Source of the DNA: Gammaproteobacteria bacterium
GTDB taxonomy: Bacteria; Pseudomonadota; Gammaproteobacteria; Pseudomonadales; JAUIET01
Reading direction: 5' to 3'
Assembly (NCBI GenBank): GCA_030429735.1
Contig: JAUIET010000008.1
Span: 74,726-138,725 of the forward strand
Length of the DNA: 64,000 nucleotides
Shown here: positions 20,121 to 28,969 of the stretch, piece by piece
How the letters are laid out: every line of letters starts with the position of its first letter
How positions within the stretch are numbered: position 1 is the stretch's first letter
Notes under the pieces: generated by a model
Database searches by the model: none
Told to the model about the DNA's origin: nothing
The model's input: the letters and a program-made list of their open reading frames with translations, nothing else
Translations under genes and position numbers: made by a program

Positions 20121-21098
20121 ATGGGCACATCGGTTGTACGATTTACCACCAGTGAGAGTGATGAGTTGCACTGGGGGGTGTATAAGGAAGGTAACGTGTA
20201 CCCGTTGGCGCTCGCGGCAAACCATCACCGTGACGTTATGCAGATGTACTTTGATCGACGAGCCGCGTTTGACGCCGCCGTCAGTCGCATCGCCATCGCC
20301 GAGCACGACCTTGTGTACCAGGCGCCGCTATCGACCGATATTCAGTTAATTTGTCAAGGCTTGAATTACGCCGAACACCGCGTTGAAGGTGGCTACAAGG
20401 GGCAGGATCCTGACGCACAAAACCTTATTTTTCAAAAAGGCAGCTCGTCGATCTGCCGACCCAATTCTGCAATCATTCGTCCGGCCGGCTGCCAGCTGCT
20501 GGACTATGAAATTGAGCTCGGCTTTGTCAGCAAGCGCGATATCGCCATTGGCAGCGAGGTCGACGAACACAATTTGCCGGACTATATTGGCGGACTGGTA
20601 TTGGCCAATGATGTGTCTGCACGTGATGAACAGTTTGGCGTGCCGGCCATGCAGTGGTTTCGTGGCAAAAGTTTCCCTACGTTTTGCCCGATGGGGCCGG
20701 TGCTGTATTTACTCGATGCTGCGGACTATGCGAGCTTGAACGATCTTGAGCTGAATTTGCTGGTCAACGGCGAAGTGCGCCAAAGTGCCAGTACAGCGCA
20801 GCTTATTCACAAGCCCGCGCAAACTCTCACAGAGCTCGCCACTTTTATGCAACTGCGCGCTGGCGACTGTCTGCTCAGTGGCACGCCGGGCGGCGTTGCG
20901 CTTGAGATCAACACCAAAACAGGCCTGGCATTAATGCTGAACATGCGCAACGACAAAAAACGCCGCAAGAAGTTTACCGCAGCGCAGTTGAGTAATACGG
21001 ATTTTTTGCAGGTCGGGGATGAGCTGGAGTTAAGTATTCGCTCCACTGATGGCTCTATCAATCTGGGTAAGCAGAAAAACACCGTAGTTCAGGCGTGA
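20121..21098 (+). CDS. Fumarylacetoacetate hydrolase (FAH) family protein
   Basis: 325 aa. DYEIELGFV, NDVSARD, GKSFPTFCPMGP and GTPGGV motifs. Confidence 0.8.
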   Translation: MGTSVVRFTTSESDELHWGVYKEGNVYPLALAANHHRDVMQMYFDRRAAFDAAVSRIAIAEHDLVYQAPLSTDIQLICQGLNYAEHRVEGGYKGQDPDAQNLIFQKGSSSICRPNSAIIRPAGCQLLDYEIELGFVSKRDIAIGSEVDEHNLPDYIGGLVLANDVSARDEQFGVPAMQWFRGKSFPTFCPMGPVLYLLDAADYASLNDLELNLLVNGEVRQSASTAQLIHKPAQTLTELATFMQLRAGDCLLSGTPGGVALEINTKTGLALMLNMRNDKKRRKKFTAAQLSNTDFLQVGDELELSIRSTDGSINLGKQKNTVVQA

Positions 21099-21145
21099 AA
21101 ATGCCGAGACGTGGGGTGTAGTGCCAAACAGCCTGGGCAGAAGTT

Positions 21146-21994
21146 TTAAGCGCTCAATGCAGTGCGCAGCGCTTGAACCTCATCATTTGCGGCTTCAACA
21201 AATTCAGCGACTGTTTCTGTCTCAAGCCCCAGGCGCTGATACTCCGGGAAATCGGCGATGCTTTCCAGGCTATCAGGGTCGTCGTTGGCAGCGGCAATCA
21301 TTTCAGCAACTGACAAGGTGGCAACCATTCGCGAGTGTTCAGATTGTGCGGCATCTTCGTAATGCATGTAATGTTCTACAGCGGTGACCATGTCTTCGGG
21401 TAAGCACCAGCTCTCCAGAATAGATTTGCCTACCGGGCAATGCCAGGCCGACAGAACCTCATTCATACTGGCTTCGTCGGCAAACAGGCTCTCGTCCTTG
21501 CTGGCTCTGGACCAGATATAGACTTTACCAATGCCATGCATCATGCCGGCGAGAAGCGCTGTGTCTGCGTTCACGCCGCGCTGTCGCCTGGCCAGGGTGT
21601 GTGCGTAGGCCGCCACTGTAACGCTGTGTTCCAGCAGGGGTTGTAGGTGCTCAGATATGGCCTGGTAATCTTTTTCCAGTTCCAGCTGTCGCATGGCGAC
21701 TGTCATAGCTGTATTCTGCACAACATTCAGGCCGAGCCTGTTGATAGCAGACGGTACGTCGACAGTCTTGTTGCCACGCGAGTATTGCGCCGAATTGGCC
21801 AGTTTAAGTAAACACGCGGTCAGTTTGGGTTCGCGTGACACAATAATGGCGAGTTTGTCGACGGTGCAATTGTCATCATTCAGCGCGCTTCGTATTTGCG
21901 CTGCAACATTGGGAAACGACGGCAAGGTCAGCTTGCGTGAGTTAACATCATCGGCAAGTGCCTGAATAAACTGAAATGCCAGTTGGGTGCTCAT
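21146..21994 (-). CDS. HDOD domain protein (signalling, HD-related)
   Basis: 282 aa. LPSFPNVAAQIRSAL...KLAIIVSREPKLTACLLKLANSAQY and HGIGKV. Confidence 0.8.
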   Translation of the reverse strand: MSTQLAFQFIQALADDVNSRKLTLPSFPNVAAQIRSALNDDNCTVDKLAIIVSREPKLTACLLKLANSAQYSRGNKTVDVPSAINRLGLNVVQNTAMTVAMRQLELEKDYQAISEHLQPLLEHSVTVAAYAHTLARRQRGVNADTALLAGMMHGIGKVYIWSRASKDESLFADEASMNEVLSAWHCPVGKSILESWCLPEDMVTAVEHYMHYEDAAQSEHSRMVATLSVAEMIAAANDDPDSLESIADFPEYQRLGLETETVAEFVEAANDEVQALRTALSA

Positions 21995-22118
21995 CTCTCA
22001 TCCTTGAAAGTTACCAGCCACAAACGTGGGATTGGGCCCGCGGCAACACACCGCGTTCCTAAATTTTAGCCCAATATTTCACCTTTGCAGGCTGCTTTAG
22101 TGCAGCCTGTCGGCTGGA

Positions 22119-22907
22119 TCAGATATGCGTTGCCAGGCCACCATCTACTTCAATTGCGGCGCCGTTTACATAACTGGCTGCCTCAGAAGCAAGAAAGGTC
22201 ACCATAGCGGCAATTTCCTCGGGTTTGCCGTAGCGACCCTGGGGTACACCGCGAGAATTACCTGCAAAAACGTCTTCCTTATCGCGCTCGGTGGCGTCTG
22301 CCACTTCCTGAGCGGCTCGCTCCCACATGTCTGTGCGAATCAGGCCTGGCAGTACGGAATTAAACAACACATTATCGGCGGCGTATTTTTTCGACAAGGC
22401 CTTGGCTGTTGCGATCATAGCGGCTTTTGTGGCGCCATAGTCGATCAATGCCGCGTTCGGGTATTTGCCTGCACCACTGGCGATCATGATCACTCGCCCC
22501 CATTTCTGCTTGCGCATAGCCGGCAGACAGTGGCGGGTGCAGCGCACAGCAGACATCAGGTTCAGCTCGAATAAATGCTGCCAGTCGTCATCTGTCATGT
22601 ACAGGAAGTTACGCGACGGGCCAATGCCAACATTGTTGACCAGTATGTCCACTGTGCCAAGTTCGTCTACTTTAGACAGCAAGTCTAACACGGCATCGGC
22701 GTTGCCCATATCAGCGACCAGGCCATGCACGGAACCGTTATCCGAATCAGGTGTATAAGCGGCAAGCTCTGCCACGCCGTCTTCGCCGCGTGCGCAAAAA
22801 ACAACGTTCGCCCCCTGATCGGCCAACATTTTAACAACAGCATTACCGATACCAAGACTGGCTCCGGTTACCAGGGCGCGTCGGCCACTTAAATCAAGAT
22901 TCAACAT
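22119..22907 (-). CDS. Short-chain dehydrogenase/reductase (SDR)
   Basis: ATG at 22907 gives MLNLDLSGRRALVTGASLGIGNA. NNVG and YGATKAA (YxxxK) are present. The upstream extension to 22970 is unlikely to be real. Confidence 0.85.
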   Translation of the reverse strand: MLNLDLSGRRALVTGASLGIGNAVVKMLADQGANVVFCARGEDGVAELAAYTPDSDNGSVHGLVADMGNADAVLDLLSKVDELGTVDILVNNVGIGPSRNFLYMTDDDWQHLFELNLMSAVRCTRHCLPAMRKQKWGRVIMIASGAGKYPNAALIDYGATKAAMIATAKALSKKYAADNVLFNSVLPGLIRTDMWERAAQEVADATERDKEDVFAGNSRGVPQGRYGKPEEIAAMVTFLASEAASYVNGAAIEVDGGLATHI

Positions 22908-23068
22908 GCAATATCGCACTCCATTCGTAACAACAGACGCTACGATAGCAAAATGCAGCGCGCCTCGCATGCAAAGCGGAACGCGTGACGTGTGTTACCT
23001 CGCTCCTGTCTCGTATTTAGCCGGGCTCCCAACCAGGCAGCATACCAGCCCGCATGTGATTGGTTGGA

Positions 23069-23764
23069 TTACGACTCCGCTGAGACCTTCTTATAGGTCA
23101 GGCCTGCCAACGCGGCGCCCACAATCGGTGCAATCCAGAACAACCAAAGCTGCGACAATGCCCAGCCGCCCACAAATAAGGCAGGGCCAGTGCTTCTGGC
23201 CGGGTTCACTGAGGTGTTGGTCACTGGAATGCTGATTAAATGGATCAGAGTTAAACCCAGGCCAATCGCTAACGGCGCAAATCCGGCGGGTGCGCGGCCA
23301 TCAGTGGCACCAAGAATGATCATCAGGAACATGAAGGTCATCACAAGCTCAATGACCAGCGCGGCCGTCAAGCTGTAGCCCCCTGGAGAATGCTCACCGT
23401 AGCCATTTGACGCAAATCCGGCAGCCACATCAAACGCGGGGGTTCCGCTTGCAATAATGTAGAGAATGCCCGCACCTGCAATCGCACCGGCCACCTGCGC
23501 GGCGATGTATGGACCAAGTTCAGAGGCCGGGAAACGACCGCCAAGCATCAGGCCCACAGACACTGCTGGATTCAAATGACACCCTGATATATGACCTATC
23601 GCGTAGGCCATTGTCAGCACGGTGAGTCCAAAGGCCAGTGAAACACCGAGGAGGCCAATGCCTACATCCGGAAATGCCGCGGCGAGTACGGCGCTACCAC
23701 AACCGCCCAGTACCAACCAGAATGTGCCGATAAATTCGGCTGCTAATTTATTCGAAAGTTTCAT
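23069..23764 (-). CDS. aqpZ: Aquaporin Z
   Basis: [29 protein letters not shown] closely mirrors the AqpZ N-terminus. Both NPA boxes are present (HLNPAVS, SVNPARS). ATG at 23764. Confidence 0.9.
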   Translation of the reverse strand: MKLSNKLAAEFIGTFWLVLGGCGSAVLAAAFPDVGIGLLGVSLAFGLTVLTMAYAIGHISGCHLNPAVSVGLMLGGRFPASELGPYIAAQVAGAIAGAGILYIIASGTPAFDVAAGFASNGYGEHSPGGYSLTAALVIELVMTFMFLMIILGATDGRAPAGFAPLAIGLGLTLIHLISIPVTNTSVNPARSTGPALFVGGWALSQLWLFWIAPIVGAALAGLTYKKVSAES

Positions 23765-23916
23765 TTTCTGTGCTCCGAGGGTCAACCAGATTCACATGCT
23801 TGCAACAAGTGGTCGATACCACAATCAAAAGCGTTTCGGTTTTTACATTGTTTACATTGCAGGTCGGCTATTGCGCACTGTTAAAATGCGGCGCAAAGCA
23901 GCCCTGGGGTTATTGA

Positions 23917-25617
23917 ATGCAATTTGTACAGGAGTGTCGGCACCTTACAGCGGTGCTCACGTTATTGCCTTTTTTAATGTTATCGCCATCCGTCAATAGC
24001 GAGATGGAGACAGACACTGTAGCTGACGCGGATAGCGTCGCGAACGAAACGACATCAGCGGTAAATCCCACTTTGCAGACATTCTCCAGCATGCTGAAGG
24101 CCAGAGGAGACAAGAGAGCCGAGCTTGCAACCGTAATAACAGCCTTATCTGGCGCAACCGACGAAGTCGAACAGAAAACCCGGCGCGAAGAAGCCGAGCA
24201 ACTACAGACTGAACTTGGCGAACTGGAAGAACAGATTGGCATTCTGGCGACTGGCGTTTCTGCCGCTGAGTTCGATTTGGCCGGTGGCCAGGCAATTGAT
24301 TTGCAAGGTGAACTTGAGCAGCTCATTCAACCCTTTGTGATTATGCTGAAGTCTGCGACCGAAGAAGCGCGTCAAATCGAATATTTGAAACACAAGAAAC
24401 TGACCGCCAAAGCGCATATCGGGATCGCCGAAAAGGCGCTGCAGGGCTTGGAAGTCCTTGACTCGGCCGACCTGGACGAGGAAATTGCGGTGGAAGTGGC
24501 ATCCATCAAGGCGAACTGGCAGGAAAAGTTAGCGGACGCCACGGACCTCGAAGCCACTATCGAACACCAATTGACAGCAAGGCTGGAGGCGCAGCAGAGA
24601 GAGTCGGAAGAGGGAGGGTCGACATTTGGCGACTTTTTTAAAGATCGTGGTTTAAGTTTGCTGATGGGTATTGGCGCGGCGGTTTTGGTGTTCACATTGT
24701 TGAAGCTGTTAGGTTCCGTGTTCAGTTATGCGCGCACCAGAGGTGGGGTGCAACGAAGCTTTAAAGTGCGGCTCAGCGCCTTACTGTTCAATGTGTTTAG
24801 CGTTGTGGCGGCTATCGCTGTCATGCTGTACATCTTCAACATGCGAAATGACTGGTTGCTGTTGGGTCTGGTCGTGTTGTTGTCAATCGCCATTCTCTGG
24901 ATGGGCTTGAAAATGCTGCCAGACATGCTCGAGCAGATTACCCTATTGTTGAACCTCGGAGCGGTTCAGGAAGGCGAGCGGGTAATGTTTGAAGGCGTGC
25001 CCTGGTTGGTCAAAAAGCTCGACTTCTATACCGACTTTGAAAACCCGGAATTGACCGGCGGTACCTTCACGGTACCTGTTCGAGAATTGCTGGGTTTGCA
25101 CTCCCGGCCTGCCGCACCGGATGAAGCATGGTTTCCAAGTCGTACCGGCGACTGGGTGAAAACCGAAGATGGCACTATCGGCAAGATCGTATTTCAAAGT
25201 CCTGAGATGGTGCAGATGGTTGAGTTAGGTGGTGCGCGACACACGTTTTCTGCCCCGGCGTTCTTTGAATCAGCGCCGACCAACCTGTCGTCGAATGCAA
25301 GAGTGGAAGTGGAATTTGGTGTGTCTTACAAGCATCAGGCAATTGGTGGCACAGAACTGCCGGAAAAGCTGGCCGCGTTTGTCGAACAGGGCTTGCTGAA
25401 GATGCTCGACCGCGATGCGCTGCTGGACGTTAATGTGGAGTTGCTGGCGTGCAACTCATCGTCGCTTGACTATGAGGTGGAGGCGGATCTGCATGGCAGC
25501 GCCGCTCACCGCTATGAAGATGTAGAACGAGCGCTTACGCGATTGTGCCTGGAAGCGTGTAACGAATACGGTTGGGAAATTCCGTTCCCGCAACTGGTAG
25601 TGCACAAAGGCGAGTAG
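23917..25617 (+). CDS. Membrane protein with signal peptide, long coiled-coil region, TM helices and an MscS-like C-terminal beta/alpha-beta region (putative mechanosensitive channel family)
   Basis: 566 aa. Acidic coiled-coil ([18 protein letters not shown]), at least 3 hydrophobic helices (aa ~250-345), then [24 protein letters not shown]...FTVPVRELL, which resembles the MscS beta domain. The assignment was made by eye only. Confidence 0.45.
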   Translation: MQFVQECRHLTAVLTLLPFLMLSPSVNSEMETDTVADADSVANETTSAVNPTLQTFSSMLKARGDKRAELATVITALSGATDEVEQKTRREEAEQLQTELGELEEQIGILATGVSAAEFDLAGGQAIDLQGELEQLIQPFVIMLKSATEEARQIEYLKHKKLTAKAHIGIAEKALQGLEVLDSADLDEEIAVEVASIKANWQEKLADATDLEATIEHQLTARLEAQQRESEEGGSTFGDFFKDRGLSLLMGIGAAVLVFTLLKLLGSVFSYARTRGGVQRSFKVRLSALLFNVFSVVAAIAVMLYIFNMRNDWLLLGLVVLLSIAILWMGLKMLPDMLEQITLLLNLGAVQEGERVMFEGVPWLVKKLDFYTDFENPELTGGTFTVPVRELLGLHSRPAAPDEAWFPSRTGDWVKTEDGTIGKIVFQSPEMVQMVELGGARHTFSAPAFFESAPTNLSSNARVEVEFGVSYKHQAIGGTELPEKLAAFVEQGLLKMLDRDALLDVNVELLACNSSSLDYEVEADLHGSAAHRYEDVERALTRLCLEACNEYGWEIPFPQLVVHKGE

Positions 25618-25652
25618 CCCGGTTAAACTGGTGCTTTTTAGAGGGGCAGATT

Positions 25653-26027
25653 ATGGCCGACAAACGTAACGAACTCACGCCGGAAGAGCAGCATATCATT
25701 CTGCACAAAGGTACAGAACGTCCTTTCACAGGTAAGTACGATGACTTTTTTGCAGAAGGTCTTTATCTGTGTAAGCAGTGCGATGCGCCGTTGTATCGTT
25801 CGGACGACAAGTTCCCCTCGCATTGCGGGTGGCCCAGTTTCGACGATGAAATTGAAGGCGCTATTAAGCGTGAAACAGACGCCGACGGGCGCCGGGTGGA
25901 AATACTGTGCGCGTCCTGCGATGGTCATTTGGGCCATGTATTTGAGGGTGAACGTTTAACAGAAAAAAACGTGCGGCATTGCGTTAATTCGGTGTCAATG
26001 AAGTTTGTTGCTGCAACGGAAGAATAA
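25653..26027 (+). CDS. msrB: Peptide-methionine (R)-S-oxide reductase
   Basis: [29 protein letters not shown], CxxC pairs ([20 protein letters not shown]) and catalytic RHCVNS. ATG at 25653. Confidence 0.9.
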   Translation: MADKRNELTPEEQHIILHKGTERPFTGKYDDFFAEGLYLCKQCDAPLYRSDDKFPSHCGWPSFDDEIEGAIKRETDADGRRVEILCASCDGHLGHVFEGERLTEKNVRHCVNSVSMKFVAATEE

Positions 26028-26042
26028 TGCGGATCAGTCGCC

Positions 26043-26984
26043 CTAGCGCTGACGCCACGCGTTTGCCGCCAGAGTCAGTGCTTGCACAACGTCTGTTTGT
26101 TCCTGCTGATCGGCAAATTCCCTGTACAGGGTGCAGACGTTAATACCTATCCGTTCCGGGTCCAACCAATCGCGGAATTCAGCAAGCGGTATGTCGAGCA
26201 CTGCCTGATCCAATGGCATGCCGGAATCAAATCGCTGCCGGGCTTCCCGTTCTATGTGTCTGAGATAAGCCTGAACATTTCTCACACCGTTGACATCGGT
26301 CAAGGGCCCATGCCCCGGCACGATGTGTTCTGGCTCAAGTTCAATGATGAGGTCGCAGGCGGCAAGCCAGTTACTCACCGGGCCGGCCCAGATAATTGGG
26401 GTGCCATCGATGAAGAGAATATCTCCGGTAAATACCGTTTTGTCGTCGGGCACCCAGGCTAATACGTCGCCACCTGTATGGGCTGGGCCAACTTCAATAA
26501 GTTCTACTTTTTTATCGCCCACTCTTCGCTCAGTGCGTCCGGAAAATGTGGTCGTAGGTGGTGTATGGATAATGTCTTCAAAATTGAAGGCACCAAAACA
26601 GTGAATCAGATACTCACCCAACTCGCCCAATTCGGGTGCGGCACGCATCATTTCTGCCATCATCTCGGGCGTCATCTCGTCCATCTCGGCGGCGGCTGTT
26701 GCCGAGGCAATAATCTCTGCCTTCGTTAACAAGTGGTTGCCGTGACAGTGGTCACCATTGGCATGCGTATTGACCAGAAAATCGATCGTGTCAGCCCGCA
26801 CTTGGCCGGCATCCGCCATGCACTGCAACATATCCAGTGTGAGTTTCTCGTCGAATAAAGTATCGACCAGTAGCGATTGGTCGCCATCTACCACAAGACC
26901 AGCATTGCTCCAGCCCCAGGAACCGTCTGGCTGCAGATAGGCGAAAATTCCATTACCGAGATCCTGCAGGCCTTTTTTATACAT
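26043..26984 (-). CDS. MBL-fold metallo-hydrolase
   Basis: HANGDHCHGN (HxHxDH-type) and GHG motifs. The start is uncertain: ATG at 26984, ATG at 27023 or TTG at 27047. Confidence 0.75.
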   Translation of the reverse strand: MYKKGLQDLGNGIFAYLQPDGSWGWSNAGLVVDGDQSLLVDTLFDEKLTLDMLQCMADAGQVRADTIDFLVNTHANGDHCHGNHLLTKAEIIASATAAAEMDEMTPEMMAEMMRAAPELGELGEYLIHCFGAFNFEDIIHTPPTTTFSGRTERRVGDKKVELIEVGPAHTGGDVLAWVPDDKTVFTGDILFIDGTPIIWAGPVSNWLAACDLIIELEPEHIVPGHGPLTDVNGVRNVQAYLRHIEREARQRFDSGMPLDQAVLDIPLAEFRDWLDPERIGINVCTLYREFADQQEQTDVVQALTLAANAWRQR

Positions 26985-27053
26985 CGTGGTTGCATTTTGC
27001 TTCGCTTGCGAAGCCTCGATCATAGATAATTGCTGGCAACACAACAAGCTACC

Positions 27054-27320
27054 CTAGTGTCCCTTAACATAAGTTCGTACCATTTAGAACCAGCACAATG
27101 GCGTTCTTCTAGGCGTGTTCTGCAGGGAATATCGACTATATTGGCAAGGGACACAACAACGAAGAACGCCATTGTGCTGGCTCCCGGAGGGCCCGCCATT
27201 CGAGGCCTCCAGCTTCGTTGGACTCTTTGCGAATAGAGCCCGCTATTCACTGCAGAGTTCGCCTCGCTGGAGGCCTCGAATGACGGGCTAAATGGTACGA
27301 ACTTATGTTAAGGGACACTG
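27054..27320. repeat. Nested palindromic repeat element E1 (MITE-like): 33-34-bp terminal inverted arms enclosing two long-arm hairpins H1 and H2
   Basis: Arms are ctagtgtcccttaacataagttcgtaccatttag (27054-27087) and its complement (27288-27320). H1 has arms at 27090-27109 / 27161-27180 and a 51-nt loop. H2 has arms at 27191-27213 / 27266-27288 and a 52-nt loop. Confidence 0.8.
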
Positions 27321-27426
27321 GGCGTGTGATTATGGTCTGAGTCTTCGCAGCATACGCTGAATTGTCAGTGCTTATCTATGTGTTGAATCGTGGTTAGCTG
27401 AAAACACGTCAGCATCGATTGCAAAC

Positions 27427-28347
27427 TCACTCTTGTGCGCTGGCCATGGCAGACTGAACCATTGCCTTGATTTCTGCGCCTACCTGATGTCTGCTGTAGG
27501 ACAGAAGCCGCGTTTCCCTGGCGTCGGGCTCATAACTCACCAGCGCACCCGGTCCGGCGAACATGATTGCGTTGGGCAATATAGGGTGATCATCCGAGCG
27601 CACCTCGAGATCTACAGGGGCACCGGCAGCAGATGCCCAGGCTTCCAGATACTCCTTCCAGGTATAGTTTTCGTCACCAATCAAATAGGCTTTGCCGCTT
27701 TCGCCACGCTGTAATGCACCGGCAATCGATTCGGCGACTGATCTGGCGGTGATATGGTTAGTGCCACCTTCCGGTGCGAACAAGGGCAGGTCCGGTAACT
27801 GACCACTAGCGTATGCAATCAGGCCGAGTATGTGTGGAATATCCAGGCCGGGTAATTCGCCAAGAATGAACGGCGCGTTAAGACTGCATACGTTGAAACG
27901 TTCATCGCTTAGTGCACGAACGGCTTCATCAGTAACATGGCGCGAGTGTACATAGGGGTCTGTGTTGATGCGCTCGGGAGCAATCTGTGGATAAAAACTG
28001 CCCACGTATGCAGCGCGGGTGATACCAGCGGCTTTGGCGGCTTCGAAGAATCGAGGCACGGCTTCGTCATTCGCCTTTTTGTAAAATGAATCCGGGCTTA
28101 TTGAGCCGTCCATGGGCAGCTGGCGAATATCTTGAGCGGCTGCAAACACTAAGGCATCGAACCCTTCCAGGCGTCCGTCAGTGACGTCATCCTCTATGTA
28201 GTTGCAACGGATAAACTCTGTGTCCTTCAATGCATGCGCAGCAGGTTTGTTGCGCGACATAATCGTTACATCGTAACCTTGCTCGCTTAAATGGATGGCC
28301 GCGTGCCCGCCAACCAGGCCGGTTCCGCCAACAATCAGAGTTTTCAT
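27427..28347 (-). CDS. NAD-dependent epimerase/dehydratase family (atypical SDR) protein
   Basis: MKTLIVGGTGLVGGHAAIHLSEQGYDVTIMSR. ATG at 28347; an alternative ATG at 28359 directly abuts repeat E2. Confidence 0.8.
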   Translation of the reverse strand: MKTLIVGGTGLVGGHAAIHLSEQGYDVTIMSRNKPAAHALKDTEFIRCNYIEDDVTDGRLEGFDALVFAAAQDIRQLPMDGSISPDSFYKKANDEAVPRFFEAAKAAGITRAAYVGSFYPQIAPERINTDPYVHSRHVTDEAVRALSDERFNVCSLNAPFILGELPGLDIPHILGLIAYASGQLPDLPLFAPEGGTNHITARSVAESIAGALQRGESGKAYLIGDENYTWKEYLEAWASAAGAPVDLEVRSDDHPILPNAIMFAGPGALVSYEPDARETRLLSYSRHQVGAEIKAMVQSAMASAQE

Positions 28348-28359
28348 GTGAGTATCCAT

Positions 28360-28514
28360 CTAGTGTCCCTTACCATAAGTTCGTACGATTTAGCCCGTCA
28401 TTCGAGGCCTCCAGCAAGGCGAACTCTGCAGTGAATACCCAAAACACTCGCGTCGCTCGCGGGGCAGGCTCTAGCGGGCTCTCAATGGTACGAACTTATG
28501 GTAAGGGACACTAG
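28360..28514. repeat. Repeat element E2, a deleted or rearranged relative of E1
   Basis: 27-bp arms ctagtgtcccttaccataagttcgtac / gtacgaacttatggtaagggacactag. The interior shares gcccgtcattcgaggcctccagc + aggcgaactctgcagtgaata with the reverse complement of E1-H2. Confidence 0.8.
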
Positions 28515-28598
28515 ATCTGTGGTGATTTTACTTGTTTGTGGTCTGCCTTCTGTCTGATTAATAAAAAGTAACGCCGGGAAGATTTTGCCTCTAAATCC

Positions 28599-28708
28599 GG
28601 CAGAGTACGTCTGGGGCTGCGGCGGACACGCCGTGAACCCATCCATGGGGGCTTGTTGAAAAGGTCCCTCTTTTCAACAGTCCGCCACAGCCCCAGACGC
28701 ACTCTGCC
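28599..28708. repeat. Long-arm hairpin element A (28-bp arms, 54-nt conserved loop with a 10-bp inner hairpin)
   Basis: Arms at 28599-28626 / 28681-28708 have 26/28 Watson-Crick pairs. The two exceptions would be G-U pairs on the minus strand. The loop cacgccgtgaacccatccatgggggc... contains an inner hairpin at 28654-28679. Confidence 0.8.
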
Positions 28709-28762
28709 TCACTTTTGTGCCAAGAAAATAGGTGTTTTCGGAATTGGCAGGGGCTGAGGTCG

Positions 28763-28862
28763 AGTTCTGGTTGCCATTTTCCGGACCTTCAAAAAGAGGG
28801 ACCTTTTTGAAGAGCCCCCATGGATGGGTTCACGGCGTGTCCGGAAAATGGCAACCAGAACT
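28763..28862. repeat. Long-arm hairpin element B (23-bp perfect arms, same 54-nt loop as A in inverted orientation)
   Basis: Arms at 28763-28785 / 28840-28862. The loop at 28786-28839 is the reverse complement of the A loop: the first 26 nt are identical and the remaining differences are paired. Inner hairpin at 28787-28812. Confidence 0.8.
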
Positions 28863-28969
28863 TGGCCGGCATACTGGCACATTCTGCTCACGGCCGTTGT
28901 AAAGGCGACTTGATCAGGCAGCTGAAAGGTATAATGGAGAGTTACAGCAACATACAAGGAATCTTGGGA

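Noticed and set aside
27020-27250. Short ORFs over the repeat cluster (27020-27250, 27030-27236, 28511-28702, 28709-28957).
   Set aside because: They are made of inverted-repeat sequence, so mirror-image ORFs appear on both strands. They have no start-site signals and no protein-like conservation between copies.
28599-28862. Elements A and B as invertible-DNA switches (invertons), because the conserved core is found in both orientations between inverted repeats.
   Set aside because: The 54-bp segment between the arms is very short for recombinase-mediated inversion. The two copies have different arms, so they are separate insertions rather than two states of one switch. No invertase gene is nearby. 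Only read-level evidence could revive the idea.
27054-28862. Retron-like msr/msd or integron attC interpretation of the long-arm hairpins.
   Set aside because: There is no reverse transcriptase or integron integrase in the window. attC sites conserve the arm ends and vary in the centre, which is the opposite of what is seen here.
28820-28969. N-terminal extension of the first acyl-CoA dehydrogenase, from the track start at 28820.
   Set aside because: The extension runs through repeat element B. The ATG at 28970 has an AAGGA Shine-Dalgarno sequence and begins the conserved ACAD N-terminus.
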